Positions 1 through 9,298 of a DNA stretch of 54,186 nt are shown here, piece by piece. The stretch comes from a virus. Lineage: Duplodnaviria > Caudoviricetes. The number at the start of each line of letters is the position of its first letter. Position 1 is the stretch's first letter. A program made the translations under genes and the position numbers. The notes beneath the pieces were generated by a model. The model did no database searches. It saw nothing but the letters and a program-made list of their open reading frames with translations, and was not told where the DNA came from. The DNA lies in the IMG/VR virus record IMGVR_UViG_3300022744_000034, positions 1 to 54,186 of that record; one strand, given 5' to 3'.

Positions 1-1477
1 CGGTAGAGGGCGTATCTCCGTTCAGGTTTTGGTTCAGGGTGGAGCCGCCATTGGAGGGCTCTTGCGGTTGCTGGGACGCCTGCGCGTTGTTAGATTTGAA
101 CATGGTGCCGGAGAGCGGTTTGTAGCCCGGAGGCGGCAACTTGCCGGTCAGCTTGAGGCTGGCTTCTTCGTCAGTGATGAGGCCGAGGCTCAATTGCTCC
201 AACAACATCATTTGTTGAGTTTGGCGGAATGCGGCCAGATCTGCTTCCGGGCGGAGGTCGATGTCCGCGTACCGGAACGTCACTACCACATCGAGGCCGA
301 ACAGCCGCAACGCCAGCGTAAACATCCGGCTGTAGAACTGGTCCAGCTTGTCCTTGATCGCACCTGTCGCCGACTTCATGAACAGCATGGTCTCGGCCGA
401 AGCGATATTGCTGCTGCCAGACTGGAAGCCCAGCACCGTACCCATCGTCTTCGAGCCCGTGGCCAGGCGCGAATCGCCGATGCTTTGCAGGACCTCGTAC
501 TCGGACGCAAGGCCGGCGTTTGACGGGTTCTCGACTTCGAACCCGAGCGAGTTGAAGTACACCAGCGCGTCTTCCGGGCGCAGGCCGTTGACTCGCGCCT
601 CGATGTCGGCGATGAGCGCGCTCATTTCCGCATTCGCGACGTTGCTGTCGACCTGTGCCTCCGGGCTCATGTGCTTGCGGAAGCGGTCCTCGTCGATGAC
701 AACCTTCAGGCGAGGGTGCAGGACCTTCTTGATGATTCGGTGGATGTCCTGCGCGAAGTCTTCCTTGAACAGGACAGGCTTGATCGCGGGTTCCAGCGGG
801 CTGGACGAGTAGGGGTCGAGTAGATCCTGGTCAAGGTTCAGCATCGCGAACGTCGGCACGTCAAGGTCGATTTCGTCCTGACCGATCTTCTGGAACGGCT
901 TGAGCCCCTTGCCTTCCGGCCGGAACTGGATCGTCGTCACGCTGATCGGCTGGATCGACATCGGCAGCCGCGACTTGTCCAGCACCAGTTCACCGGCCAT
1001 CGAGCCGTACATCAACAGTTCCTTGGCCAACGACTCGCTCAGCGACTTCAGGCTCTGGACGTTACTGAAGCCTTCCTCATAGGGCGTCAGCACGTCCATG
1101 CGCGTGATGATCTGCTGGAGCAGCGTCGTCGCCTCGACATCGATCGTGCCGTCGACCGCCGAACATGCGATCGCCGTGAACTTGCTCGGGATGCCAACAC
1201 GCAGGTAGGCCCAAACCGCCGCGCTCAGGTCCGGGCTGGCATACACGTAATCGTGCACGACCTTGCGCGAGTCCGCACCGTTGCGGAAACTCAGCGCATC
1301 GGTATTGGTCAGGCGCCGGTCCGAACGCGGCAACGCCGTCTTCGAATCCGGCTTCGTGCTGGCGAAGAAACTCGGAAACGCCCGCGAGCCCGGCCGCACC
1401 TTTGGCGGCGGGGGCGTCTGCAGCGTTGCCGCCTCCACCTTTGGGCGGCCAAACATGGACCTTAGTTTGTCAAACAT
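1..1477 (-). CDS. Probable portal protein (3' end runs off the window)
   Basis: Not in the ORF track because it is truncated. Manual translation from ATG 1477 (MFDKLRSMFGRPKVEAATL...SPDLSAAVWAYLR...ELLMYGSMAGELVLDK...GLITDEEA...) is open to position 2, more than 490 aa. Size and position downstream of terminase fit a portal. Confidence 0.7.
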   Translation of the reverse strand, partial: MFDKLRSMFGRPKVEAATLQTPPPPKVRPGSRAFPSFFASTKPDSKTALPRSDRRLTNTDALSFRNGADSRKVVHDYVYASPDLSAAVWAYLRVGIPSKFTAIACSAVDGTIDVEATTLLQQIITRMDVLTPYEEGFSNVQSLKSLSESLAKELLMYGSMAGELVLDKSRLPMSIQPISVTTIQFRPEGKGLKPFQKIGQDEIDLDVPTFAMLNLDQDLLDPYSSSPLEPAIKPVLFKEDFAQDIHRIIKKVLHPRLKVVIDEDRFRKHMSPEAQVDSNVANAEMSALIADIEARVNGLRPEDALVYFNSLGFEVENPSNAGLASEYEVLQSIGDSRLATGSKTMGTVLGFQSGSSNIASAETMLFMKSATGAIKDKLDQFYSRMFTLALRLFGLDVVVTFRYADIDLRPEADLAAFRQTQQMMLLEQLSLGLITDEEASLKLTGKLPPPGYKPLSGTMFKSNNAQASQQPQEPSNGGSTLNQNLNGDTPST

Positions 1478-1504
1478 GGGCGCACCTTGGGCGATAGTTG
1501 CACA

Positions 1505-1533
1505 AGATTAGCCCATAAGCAGATTTTATGCAA
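1505..1533 (-). promoter_or_regulatory. Sigma70-like promoter for the portal gene
   Basis: Minus strand reads TTGCAT-17 nt-TAATCT, about 27 nt upstream of ATG 1477. Confidence 0.45.
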
Positions 1534-1614
1534 CGAATAGCTTGTACACCGTTGGTCGTGGGCTTGGCGCCGTGCTACACTGCCTTCGTTCACATAAAAC
1601 AAATAAGTCCGAGC

Positions 1615-3435
1615 GTGAGAAAAAAGACCACTGCTGAATGGGTTGAACAGGCGATTGCCGTACACAACGGCAGGTACGCTTACCCTGACACCATCTATGC
1701 TGGGGCGAACAAAAAACTCCACATCCTATGTGGAGAGCACGGGATCTTCGAACAGGTGGCCAACAATCACTTGCGGGGAACGGGCTGCCCGAAATGTGGC
1801 GACTTCCGCAAGGGCGAGTCCAAGGTGGTTGGTTTTTCAGAGTTCGTGTCCCGAGTCCGGAAGCAGCACGGGGATAGCTACGCCTACGCCGAGGACTCCT
1901 ACTCAGCGATGTCGGCGCCCGTTCGAATCACGTGCCCCGAGCACGGAGCGTTCGAGCAGATCGCCAGCGTGCACGCCAAGGGTCACGGCTGCCCTAAATG
2001 TGGTGCCCAAAAGACAGGTCATGCGACACGACTTGGATCAAGGCGATTTATCGATAGCGCAGTTCGCGTGCACGGCGATCGCTACGATTACAGCAAGGTC
2101 GAGTACACCCGCAACTCATCCAAGGTGGAGGTCATTTGCCCGGACCACGGCACGTTTCGGGTATCCCCGCAAAATCACCTGGCAGGGAGGAAGTGCCCTG
2201 CTTGTGCACGCGAGCAATCTAAACTCGGCGCAGACGCCTTCATCCAGCGAGCGCAAACCATACACGGCGACGCATACGACTACAGCCGCGTCGAGTACCT
2301 CACGGCAGAGACACCTGTCGTAATGGGGTGCAAGGAGCACGGGTGGTTTGAACAGACACCGCACAGTCACCTGAAGGGGCGCGGCTGCCCCACCTGCGGC
2401 ATTGAAGCAAGGTCATCTGACACAGCCGAGTTCGTACGCAAGGCTGTGTCCGTGCACGGGGATCGGTTTGACTACGGTAAGGCTGTCTACCAGCACTGCG
2501 AAGAGAAGGTTGAGATTGTCTGCCAGAAACACGGCAGCTTTTTTCAGACCCCGTCGAATCACGTCAGCCAACAAACAGGCTGCCCTGCTTGCGCCAACGT
2601 CGGCCCGTCTGCACCACAAATAGAACTCGCTACATTTCTCTCGTCACTGACCGATGTCGAACTCGAATACCGAATGGGCCGTAAGCGTATTGACATCTTT
2701 CTGCCAAAATTCAACCTCGGCGTCGAATACCACGGCTTGATCTGGCACTCTGAAAAGTTCGCCAAGGAGCCGTGGCGGGATATGCTCAGGCATCTTGAGG
2801 CTGAAGATAACGGTATCAGGCTCATTCATGTCTTTGCTGATGAATGGTCCGATAAGCGGCAGATCGTGGAACAGACATTGAAAAGCATTCTTGGCCTGAA
2901 CAATAAGGTCGGGGCGCGGACATGCAACATTGTTCGTCCAGCGTGGGGTGCCGCGAAAGTCTTCCTTGACGCAAACCACCTGCAGGGCGCGGGTGTTAGC
3001 CGGGGTATGAATTACGCGCTTGAGTCTGAGGGTGAGATCGTAGCCGTCGCCGTATTCGGGCCGAGCCGATTCGGAACGGGCGACTGGGAACTTCTCCGGT
3101 TCGCGTCGAGTTGCAATGTGATCGGCGGCTTCAGCCGATTGCTCAAGGCGTTTCGCTCTGAATACGCTGGAAGCGTATTCAGCTTCTCGGACAACCGCTG
3201 GTTCACCGGCAACGTGTACGCCACGGCCGGGTTTAGAAAGTTGGGCGTGACGGACCCCGGCTACTTCTGGACCGACGGGTCTCGCCGTCTGCTCAGATAC
3301 GACACGCAAAAGCACAAGCTGAAAACGCTGTTTGCAGACTGCGACCCCGATACACAAACAGAGTCCCAGATCATGCAGAGCAGGGGCTTCTACAGGATCT
3401 GGGACTGCGGCAACACCCGATGGCTGCTGGAGTAG
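1615..3435 (+). CDS. Hef-like homing endonuclease: five DUF723-like Zn repeats, a Vsr/PD-(D/E)xK-like nuclease and a GNAT-like C-terminal domain
   Basis: Five repeats of HG..Y.Y...V.I.C..HG.F.Q....H..G.GCP.C; IDIFLP..NLGVEYHGLIWHSE...IHVFADEW; C-terminal FLDANHLQG...WELLRFAS...GGFSRLL. Start uncertain (GTG 1615 or ATG 1528). Opposite strand to its neighbours. Confidence 0.7.
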   Translation: MRKKTTAEWVEQAIAVHNGRYAYPDTIYAGANKKLHILCGEHGIFEQVANNHLRGTGCPKCGDFRKGESKVVGFSEFVSRVRKQHGDSYAYAEDSYSAMSAPVRITCPEHGAFEQIASVHAKGHGCPKCGAQKTGHATRLGSRRFIDSAVRVHGDRYDYSKVEYTRNSSKVEVICPDHGTFRVSPQNHLAGRKCPACAREQSKLGADAFIQRAQTIHGDAYDYSRVEYLTAETPVVMGCKEHGWFEQTPHSHLKGRGCPTCGIEARSSDTAEFVRKAVSVHGDRFDYGKAVYQHCEEKVEIVCQKHGSFFQTPSNHVSQQTGCPACANVGPSAPQIELATFLSSLTDVELEYRMGRKRIDIFLPKFNLGVEYHGLIWHSEKFAKEPWRDMLRHLEAEDNGIRLIHVFADEWSDKRQIVEQTLKSILGLNNKVGARTCNIVRPAWGAAKVFLDANHLQGAGVSRGMNYALESEGEIVAVAVFGPSRFGTGDWELLRFASSCNVIGGFSRLLKAFRSEYAGSVFSFSDNRWFTGNVYATAGFRKLGVTDPGYFWTDGSRRLLRYDTQKHKLKTLFADCDPDTQTESQIMQSRGFYRIWDCGNTRWLLE

Positions 3436-3441
3436 AGCGCG

Positions 3442-4917
3442 TTAATTCATGCTGCCAGGCACCGTCACGAACAGGGCCTGACGCGCCAAGGTGGCGAACA
3501 CCGACCTGCGCAACGCCGCGATATCTTCCTCGCTCGCCTGCAACTTCAGCAGCACATTGCCAGCGAAGTGGGCGTGCACGGCCGAGTCAACGATCAGGTC
3601 AACCAGCGTCGTCAGGTTCGTAGCCTCAGCCGTGTGTGCCTGCAAGGCATCCTGCACGGCCAGGGTGAGCGCCGTGTCCAGACTCAGGTTGCCTGCAGCG
3701 TGCGCGTGGAAGGCATCCTGGATGCTGAGACTCAGCCCGGCGTAGAGGTCTGCGCTGCTGGCCGCGTGCGCGTGCGCTGCGCCTTGGATAGCAAGAGCAA
3801 GGTCGGCAGACAGCAACACGTTGTCTGCCGCATGCGTGTGCGTTGCATCCTGCAGGATCAGGCTCAAAGCCGCAGACAGAACCGCCTGCGTGGCCGCGTG
3901 TGCGTGCGACGCATCCTGAATACCCAGGTTTGCGGCCGAGTCCGAACTCAGGGTTAGGTTGTCGGAGATATGCGCGTGGATAGCCGAATCGACGATCAGG
4001 CTCAGCGCCGCCGACAGCGCAACGACATCGGCTGCGTGGCCGTGACTTCCGCTCTGAATACTCAGGAAGGAGTCGGACGACAGGCTGAGTGCGTCAGTCT
4101 GATGTGCGTGTGCAGCATTTTCCGGCCCAAGAGACAGCCCTGAGTACAGCCCGAGGCTGTCCGCCAGGTGGCCGTGATTCGCTTCCGCCACCAAGAGGGC
4201 GAGGTCGGACGAAAGTGTCGTGCTGTCTGCTGCGTGGCTATGGGTCGCATTGGCAGATTCAAGGGACAAACCTGAGAACAGCCCGAGGTTGTTGGCCGCG
4301 TGTGCGTGCTCTGACGGCTGGATCGAAAGCGCTTGGTCCGCAGACAGCGTCAGGTTCTCGGCTGTTTGCTCGTGCGCTGCGTCCTGCACGGCAAGTGCAA
4401 GTGCCGCTGACAGCGTTAGATTGTCTGCGGGTTGCTCGTGTACCGCGTCCTGCACGGCAAGCGCAACAGCCGTGTCCAGCGTCAGCCCGTCTGCCGTGTG
4501 GGCGTGAAGGGCGTTTGCCACGACCAAAATGAGGTCAGCGGTCAACGTCGGGATGTCCGCGCCGTGGGCGTGCTGGCTGTCGGCCACGGAGATAGCCAGG
4601 TTGTAACTCAGGGTCAGGGTGTCGGACAGGTGGCCGTGTGATGCGTCTTGAATCGTGAGCGAGACTGAAGCCCCCGTCGTGCTCCACTCCGCGCTCGCAG
4701 TCGGCCCGACGGTCGTCGTGCCGTCGTCCCAGACTACATAAACTGCGTATGCGGTGCTTGCGGCCAGCCCCGAGACATCCGGGACGAACTGATGCTCACT
4801 CGGCGCTGCGGGAGACGTGTCGGCGTCGGTATACACCGGCGAGCCAGACCAGCCCGCCGTGCGATCCCACGTCGGTGACGCCCCGGCCGGATAGACGGCA
4901 AGGTACAGGATGGCCAT
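3442..4917 (-). CDS. His-x-His 22-aa repeat protein, probable virion fibre or decoration protein
   Basis: About 17 repeats of L.IQDA.HAH.ADNLTLS after a ~85-aa beta-rich N-terminus; lies in the structural operon. Confidence 0.6.
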   Translation of the reverse strand: MAILYLAVYPAGASPTWDRTAGWSGSPVYTDADTSPAAPSEHQFVPDVSGLAASTAYAVYVVWDDGTTTVGPTASAEWSTTGASVSLTIQDASHGHLSDTLTLSYNLAISVADSQHAHGADIPTLTADLILVVANALHAHTADGLTLDTAVALAVQDAVHEQPADNLTLSAALALAVQDAAHEQTAENLTLSADQALSIQPSEHAHAANNLGLFSGLSLESANATHSHAADSTTLSSDLALLVAEANHGHLADSLGLYSGLSLGPENAAHAHQTDALSLSSDSFLSIQSGSHGHAADVVALSAALSLIVDSAIHAHISDNLTLSSDSAANLGIQDASHAHAATQAVLSAALSLILQDATHTHAADNVLLSADLALAIQGAAHAHAASSADLYAGLSLSIQDAFHAHAAGNLSLDTALTLAVQDALQAHTAEATNLTTLVDLIVDSAVHAHFAGNVLLKLQASEEDIAALRRSVFATLARQALFVTVPGSMN

Positions 4918-5703
4918 TTACGTCAGCCCCACGGAAACACGACAACCCGACGCGGTGATGTTGCTGATCGAGGGCGTGCCGAGCGTCGGATATGGTGGGG
5001 AAGTCACGCCAACGCCGATTCGGCCCCCGTTCAGATAGAGCAGCTGCATCGGAGCAGCGTGCAGCGCAGCCATCTCCGCGCCAGAGAGTCGCCTGTTGAA
5101 GATGTAGGCGACATAGACCTCCGCATCTGCATTTAGCGAGGCGAGACCGCCCAGTCCTTGTGCGTAGCCAGCAGCAAGCGGGGCCGACGTTGAAGGCGCG
5201 TTGTATGTGATCGACGAAATCAGCCGCCCATCGGTGTAGCTTTTGCACCCGCTGCTTTCGCCGAACTGTATTGCGAGACCAAACGTTCGGATACCGGCCC
5301 TGTAAGGGCCGAAATTCAACCCGTTAGGGGGTGGGTCATTTGCGAAATTCGCCCCGTCGGTATAAACGCCGATCCCGATTTGGTTTGAAAATAGGTTCCC
5401 TGCAACAACACCAACGGTTGGCGCCCACACGGTTTTTGTTGGCAGCATCTGGACAAAGAAGGAGACCCCAGCACCGAGCTGAGCCATCTCATAGAACTTG
5501 TCGAACCGCGCAGCCCCCCGCGTACCAAGTCCGTTCTCGCAACGCCCAGGCACCACTTTCGATAGCGCAGCGAGGCGCTGTGACACGAGGTTGATTGGCT
5601 CAGTGCCAACAGCAGCAAATACCAGCCCGTGCGACAGCGAGTTAGACCAATCGACCTCGGACGGCCCGGTTGGTAAGCGACGCACTGCAACAAGCTCTGC
5701 CAT
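4918..5703 (-). CDS. LamG/concanavalin-like structural protein
   Basis: C-terminal VYVAYIFNRRLSGAEMAALHAAP resembles the end of LamG_3 domains; abuts both neighbours. Confidence 0.55.
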   Translation of the reverse strand: MAELVAVRRLPTGPSEVDWSNSLSHGLVFAAVGTEPINLVSQRLAALSKVVPGRCENGLGTRGAARFDKFYEMAQLGAGVSFFVQMLPTKTVWAPTVGVVAGNLFSNQIGIGVYTDGANFANDPPPNGLNFGPYRAGIRTFGLAIQFGESSGCKSYTDGRLISSITYNAPSTSAPLAAGYAQGLGGLASLNADAEVYVAYIFNRRLSGAEMAALHAAPMQLLYLNGGRIGVGVTSPPYPTLGTPSISNITASGCRVSVGLT

Positions 5704-6144
5704 TTATGCAGCAGCCTTTTCGCTGCGAGGCTTGACCTTCAGCGACCACCCCGCGGCGATGGTCTGTCCAGTGCCGTTGTTGTAGAGATAGTATTCGGCG
5801 ATCTCAGGCAGTTCGCGCGCTAGCAGAACCATCGTCTGCGCCGTTGTTACGTTGTCGACAACAAAAGACCCGATGACGCGCGTGGGGCGCGCAGCCTCTG
5901 GCACCTGAGCATCGGACGTGCCGTCTAAGTCGAGTGGCCTAGCGAGCAGGCTGACCACCGTGCTCTCGGTCGGCGCCGTAGAGAAAATAGCCGTCAGCAC
6001 GAACTCGGCGTCTGGGTAGCCTCCGCCGGTCGTCCCACTGTTGTAGCTTGTCGTTGCCGCTACAACAGCGTTATTCGCCACAGACGCGCCACTGGCTTCG
6101 AGCGTCGTTTGTGCGCCACGCACGATAATTCGTTCGCCTGCCAT
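5704..6144 (-). CDS. Hypothetical virion-associated protein
   Basis: 146 aa, beta-rich, tightly coupled in the operon. Confidence 0.65.
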   Translation of the reverse strand: MAGERIIVRGAQTTLEASGASVANNAVVAATTSYNSGTTGGGYPDAEFVLTAIFSTAPTESTVVSLLARPLDLDGTSDAQVPEAARPTRVIGSFVVDNVTTAQTMVLLARELPEIAEYYLYNNGTGQTIAAGWSLKVKPRSEKAAA

Positions 6145-6599
6145 CAGAGCACCATGCGACCTTCGGCGACGTTCAGGGCGTCGCTCACAGCGTTGTAGTG
6201 GATCGGATCAGCCTCGACGCCGAGTTGCAGCAGTGCGTTGATCCCGCCAGCAAGGCTTGGCACCGCTTGCGCATACGCCTGCATCTGGGTACGGGAGGCA
6301 GGCAAGCCCACATCGAACGCGCCACGCTCGATGAGCTTGAGCAACCACTTGATGTTCGGGTCGCTTGCGCCCATCGCCTCCAGCGAGTCGAGGAAAGCGC
6401 CGCCACTCGGTGCCATCACGGCAAGGATGGTGCCAATGCCGATCATGTGCGAGCGCAGACGGACGCGACCAGCGGACAAGACCGCCGCGATTTCCACGTC
6501 GTTCCGGGTCGGCAGCAGAAGGTCGATTGCCGTCACTTCCTCTGCTGTCAGCGTGCGCTTCGCCAGTCCTTCGAGTGCGGATTGTTGTTCAGGGGTCAT
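6144..6599 (-). CDS. Hypothetical phage protein
   Basis: 151 aa with stop/start overlap; N-terminus and ISDALN-like C-terminus resemble the next gene. Confidence 0.65.
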   Translation of the reverse strand: MTPEQQSALEGLAKRTLTAEEVTAIDLLLPTRNDVEIAAVLSAGRVRLRSHMIGIGTILAVMAPSGGAFLDSLEAMGASDPNIKWLLKLIERGAFDVGLPASRTQMQAYAQAVPSLAGGINALLQLGVEADPIHYNAVSDALNVAEGRMVL

Positions 6600-6600
6600 G

Positions 6601-7086
6601 TCAGTACCTGTTCAGTGCGTCGCTGATGTCGTTGAGCGAAACAGCGCCTTCCCATCCGAGCGTTGCAGGTGCGGCTTCGGTGCCGGTGCCGACCGCAAAG
6701 ATGCTCTCGGCGCGAGTCGCGGGGCGACGCCATAGGGCGTTGAGGGCTGCGCGAGTCGTTGCGCCAGCGGCCACGCTGAAGATGTCATCGAAGAACGCGC
6801 GCTGGTCGGCGCGAGCAGGCTCGACGGTCTCGTTCCACGCGGCGAAGTTGGCGAGCTTGTCATTGTTGCCCGCCGTGATGGCGGCCAAGGCCGAGGCGAC
6901 GAACGCCTTACCAACCTCGTTCTTGCTGACGCTGGATCGCCATACAATCCGCCCGCTCGGGGCGTTGTAAAGCTCGGCGAGGCGGAAGTCATTGCGGATC
7001 GCCAGGGCGGCGACCACTTCGGTGTCGGCGCTGGATCGGATCGCGCCAGCGAGGGCTTGGAGTTGCGCTTCAGTCATCATCTTCAA
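6601..7086 (-). CDS. Hypothetical phage protein
   Basis: 161 aa (MTEAQLQALAGAIR...RPATRAESIF); ATGA overlap with the upstream gene. Confidence 0.65.
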   Translation of the reverse strand: MKMMTEAQLQALAGAIRSSADTEVVAALAIRNDFRLAELYNAPSGRIVWRSSVSKNEVGKAFVASALAAITAGNNDKLANFAAWNETVEPARADQRAFFDDIFSVAAGATTRAALNALWRRPATRAESIFAVGTGTEAAPATLGWEGAVSLNDISDALNRY

Positions 7087-7487
7087 ATCCTAGATTTGCA
7101 GTAATCCCCAAGCGTGCCGGGGCTGTAGATTTGCGGGTTCGGCAGTTGCAAAGCAGCGGCGCACCACTCGCTGCAAAACCATCCTGCATCATCGCCAGGA
7201 CGATTGAACACCTGCCGCTTGAGCAGATCGAGCCAGCCGTAAGGCTCGCCCAGCGTTTGCGCGTAAAGCTGCTTGACGTTCGCCTCGCTCGCGCCGGTAA
7301 GCTCGACGAAATCCCAATGCTCCGCGCGCCAGTCGATGCGCTTCGCCCGCACCCCGCCATCACGCAGCGAGGACGTGTAGCCGATGCCGTCGATGACGAT
7401 CTCGCAATGGCTGTAAATCGACCGGCACCACCAGCGAATCAGCGCGTTGCCGATCTGGCCTTTGCCTTTGTAGAGGGCGAGGCGCAT
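7083..7487 (-). CDS. Permuted papain-like (NlpC/P60-related) amidase or peptidase
   Basis: His motif YSHCE precedes Cys motif WFCSEW, the permuted order; includes G.PYGW. Confidence 0.7.
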   Translation of the reverse strand: MRLALYKGKGQIGNALIRWWCRSIYSHCEIVIDGIGYTSSLRDGGVRAKRIDWRAEHWDFVELTGASEANVKQLYAQTLGEPYGWLDLLKRQVFNRPGDDAGWFCSEWCAAALQLPNPQIYSPGTLGDYCKSRI

Positions 7488-7493
7488 GCCAGA

Positions 7494-7718
7494 TCAGTTG
7501 TCGATCTGGAACGTCAGTGCGCCCGCGCCGAAGCTCGGCGCCGCGTCGCCGTTGTTGATCATCTTCGAGGTCGTCAGCGCGGCATGGATCAGCAGGTTCC
7601 CGGCGGTGGCGGCGTCGAAGATGCCCCAGTGCGTGACCATACCCCAGTTCGCGGTCGGCGCAGCCAGCGACGAGGCCGAGAACAGCGATAACAGGGCGGC
7701 AAAAATCATCTTCTTCAT
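7494..7718 (-). CDS. Short protein: signal-peptide-like leader joined to the C-terminal half of a common phage structural domain
   Basis: RBS AAGGA before ATG 7718; MKKMIFAALLSLFSASSLA followed by APTANWGMVTHWGIFDAATAGNLL...PSFGAGALTFQIDN. Confidence 0.55.
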   Translation of the reverse strand: MKKMIFAALLSLFSASSLAAPTANWGMVTHWGIFDAATAGNLLIHAALTTSKMINNGDAAPSFGAGALTFQIDN

Positions 7719-7722
7719 GGTT

Positions 7723-7968
7723 TCAGTCCTTTCTGTGAAGCTCGTTCCATCGCTCGATGGCACTGCGTTCGGCTTTGATATGGGGGCGGCCGTCAGGGTC
7801 GGCAGAAAACCGAACCTGAGACCCGCGACAACTGCAGGTAGAGCGTCGACATTCCACATAGACCACACGCTCGCAGTCGCCATACGGCTCTTGGACGACG
7901 CGAGCGGTGTAGCCGCACAGCCTGCAGTTCGAAACAGGCTGGCGGTCCAGGTTAGGTCGGGTCGGCAA
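7723..7968 (-). CDS. Lar-like (restriction alleviation) zinc-ribbon protein
   Basis: CRLCG...VEC...C...AIERWN pattern; start uncertain (TTG). Confidence 0.5.
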   Translation of the reverse strand: MPTRPNLDRQPVSNCRLCGYTARVVQEPYGDCERVVYVECRRSTCSCRGSQVRFSADPDGRPHIKAERSAIERWNELHRKD

Positions 7969-8332
7969 TTTCGAACTTCCACGCCGGGAAGTTCACGGTG
8001 TTGCCGCCGCCCGCCGTCAGCGCAAGGCTGGTGCAGGTCGTGACGTACAGCAGTTTGCTGTTGGTCACATCCAGCAGCGCCACGTGGTTCGCCGTGCCGG
8101 TCGTGGAGATGGTGACACCCGACTTTGCGGCCACGGTCAGCTTGCGGCCGCTGGTGTCGCCGTTGGCAGCAGTGAAGTCCGTGCTTGCCATCGTCACGTT
8201 GGCCAGCGCGTAGGTTGCGTTGGCTTCGACGAAGGTCGTCGGCTGGGCCGAGCATGCCACTTGGCGCGTGCAGTTGTTCTTGACGATGTTCAGCGAACCG
8301 TCGAGCACGTCATCATGTACGATCTTTGCCAT
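7952..8332 (-). CDS. Probable virion structural protein
   Basis: 126 aa, Thr/Ala/Gly-rich (GTANHVALLD...TVNFPAWKFEI). Confidence 0.65.
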   Translation of the reverse strand: MAKIVHDDVLDGSLNIVKNNCTRQVACSAQPTTFVEANATYALANVTMASTDFTAANGDTSGRKLTVAAKSGVTISTTGTANHVALLDVTNSKLLYVTTCTSLALTAGGGNTVNFPAWKFEIADPT

Positions 8333-8333
8333 C

Positions 8334-8561
8334 TCAGTTCACCTCGGGTGCGGCGTGCTCGTGGCCGCCAGCGTGGATTTCGATCGACGCCTCGACGCCT
8401 TCCGCGAGCGCAGCGCCTTCAGCGCCCGCTTGCGCAACCCAGCCAGCCAACAGCGCATCGGCCAACGCCTCGATCTCGAAGTTGGCGCCCGCAATGCGCT
8501 CGCCCTCGTAGTACTTGACCCGTCCGTCGAGGAAGGTCGTCTTCACGTCAAAAAAGTCCAT
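8334..8561 (-). CDS. Small hypothetical protein
   Basis: 75 aa, coupled in the operon. Confidence 0.6.
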   Translation of the reverse strand: MDFFDVKTTFLDGRVKYYEGERIAGANFEIEALADALLAGWVAQAGAEGAALAEGVEASIEIHAGGHEHAAPEVN

Positions 8562-8564
8562 GTG

Positions 8565-9179
8565 CTACTCCGTGGTGTTTTCAGGTAGAACCGTCAGTAC
8601 CGAGACTGCAAGGCAGAGGCGTTCGACTTCTCCGCCAGCCGTGACCAACTCGATGTCAAATACATTGTTTCCGGCCGTCAGCAGTGCCGTATCTGCAGCC
8701 GGTAGGCGGAACCAGATCGCGTGCTTGACCACGTCGATTTCCAGTTTCCCGTTGGCCGTGCTCCAGTTCGCCCGCAGAGTGCCACCCACCGTGGCCCGAA
8801 CGTTCGCCCGCGCCTGCGTGTAGATGCTCAGGTCCAGCGGCTTGCGCCAGGCCAGTTGCCCGCCGCCCGAATACTTGGCGAACCCTGCGCCGTTCACGTC
8901 GTTGAACTCGACGTGGTCCGCGTCGACGACCGTGACCTGACGCAGGTCGTCATCGCCGGGCGGGTTCGCCTCGGCGTTCAGGTCCTTGGGGCGGAGCACA
9001 TTCATGACCGCGACCCGCCAACCTTCAGGCAGGGCGTGGCCCGTGACCTTGAACTTGACCGGCGCCGTCTGGTAGATGAGTTCGATGGGCGCGTAAGCCC
9101 ACTCATCCGTTTCGACACGAAACGGAATGTTCTCGGTGCTGCCCTGCCGGATGGAGACTTCCAGTTTCGGGTAGTCCAT
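8565..9179 (-). CDS. BppU-N/Ig-like structural adaptor protein
   Basis: IRQGST...PLDLSIYTQARANVR...LPAADTALL...VFDIEL pattern; start ATG 9179 or TTG 9197. Confidence 0.55.
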   Translation of the reverse strand: MDYPKLEVSIRQGSTENIPFRVETDEWAYAPIELIYQTAPVKFKVTGHALPEGWRVAVMNVLRPKDLNAEANPPGDDDLRQVTVVDADHVEFNDVNGAGFAKYSGGGQLAWRKPLDLSIYTQARANVRATVGGTLRANWSTANGKLEIDVVKHAIWFRLPAADTALLTAGNNVFDIELVTAGGEVERLCLAVSVLTVLPENTTE

Positions 9180-9298
9180 GCTCACGCCTGCGTTCAACTT
9201 CAGTCACTTGCGACACGCGCAAAGTCTGTCCACATGCAAAACAAGGTGTGGGCAATTTCTCTGACTATAAACTGAATCTATGGCGCCATCAAGCAATT

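Noticed and set aside
29-1511. Plus-strand ORFs at the left edge
   Set aside because: Shadows of the truncated minus-strand portal-like gene that the ORF track missed.
7494-8255. 253-aa ORF as listed in the track
   Set aside because: Its 5' part overlaps two better genes in other frames; the real start is probably ATG 7718 with an RBS.
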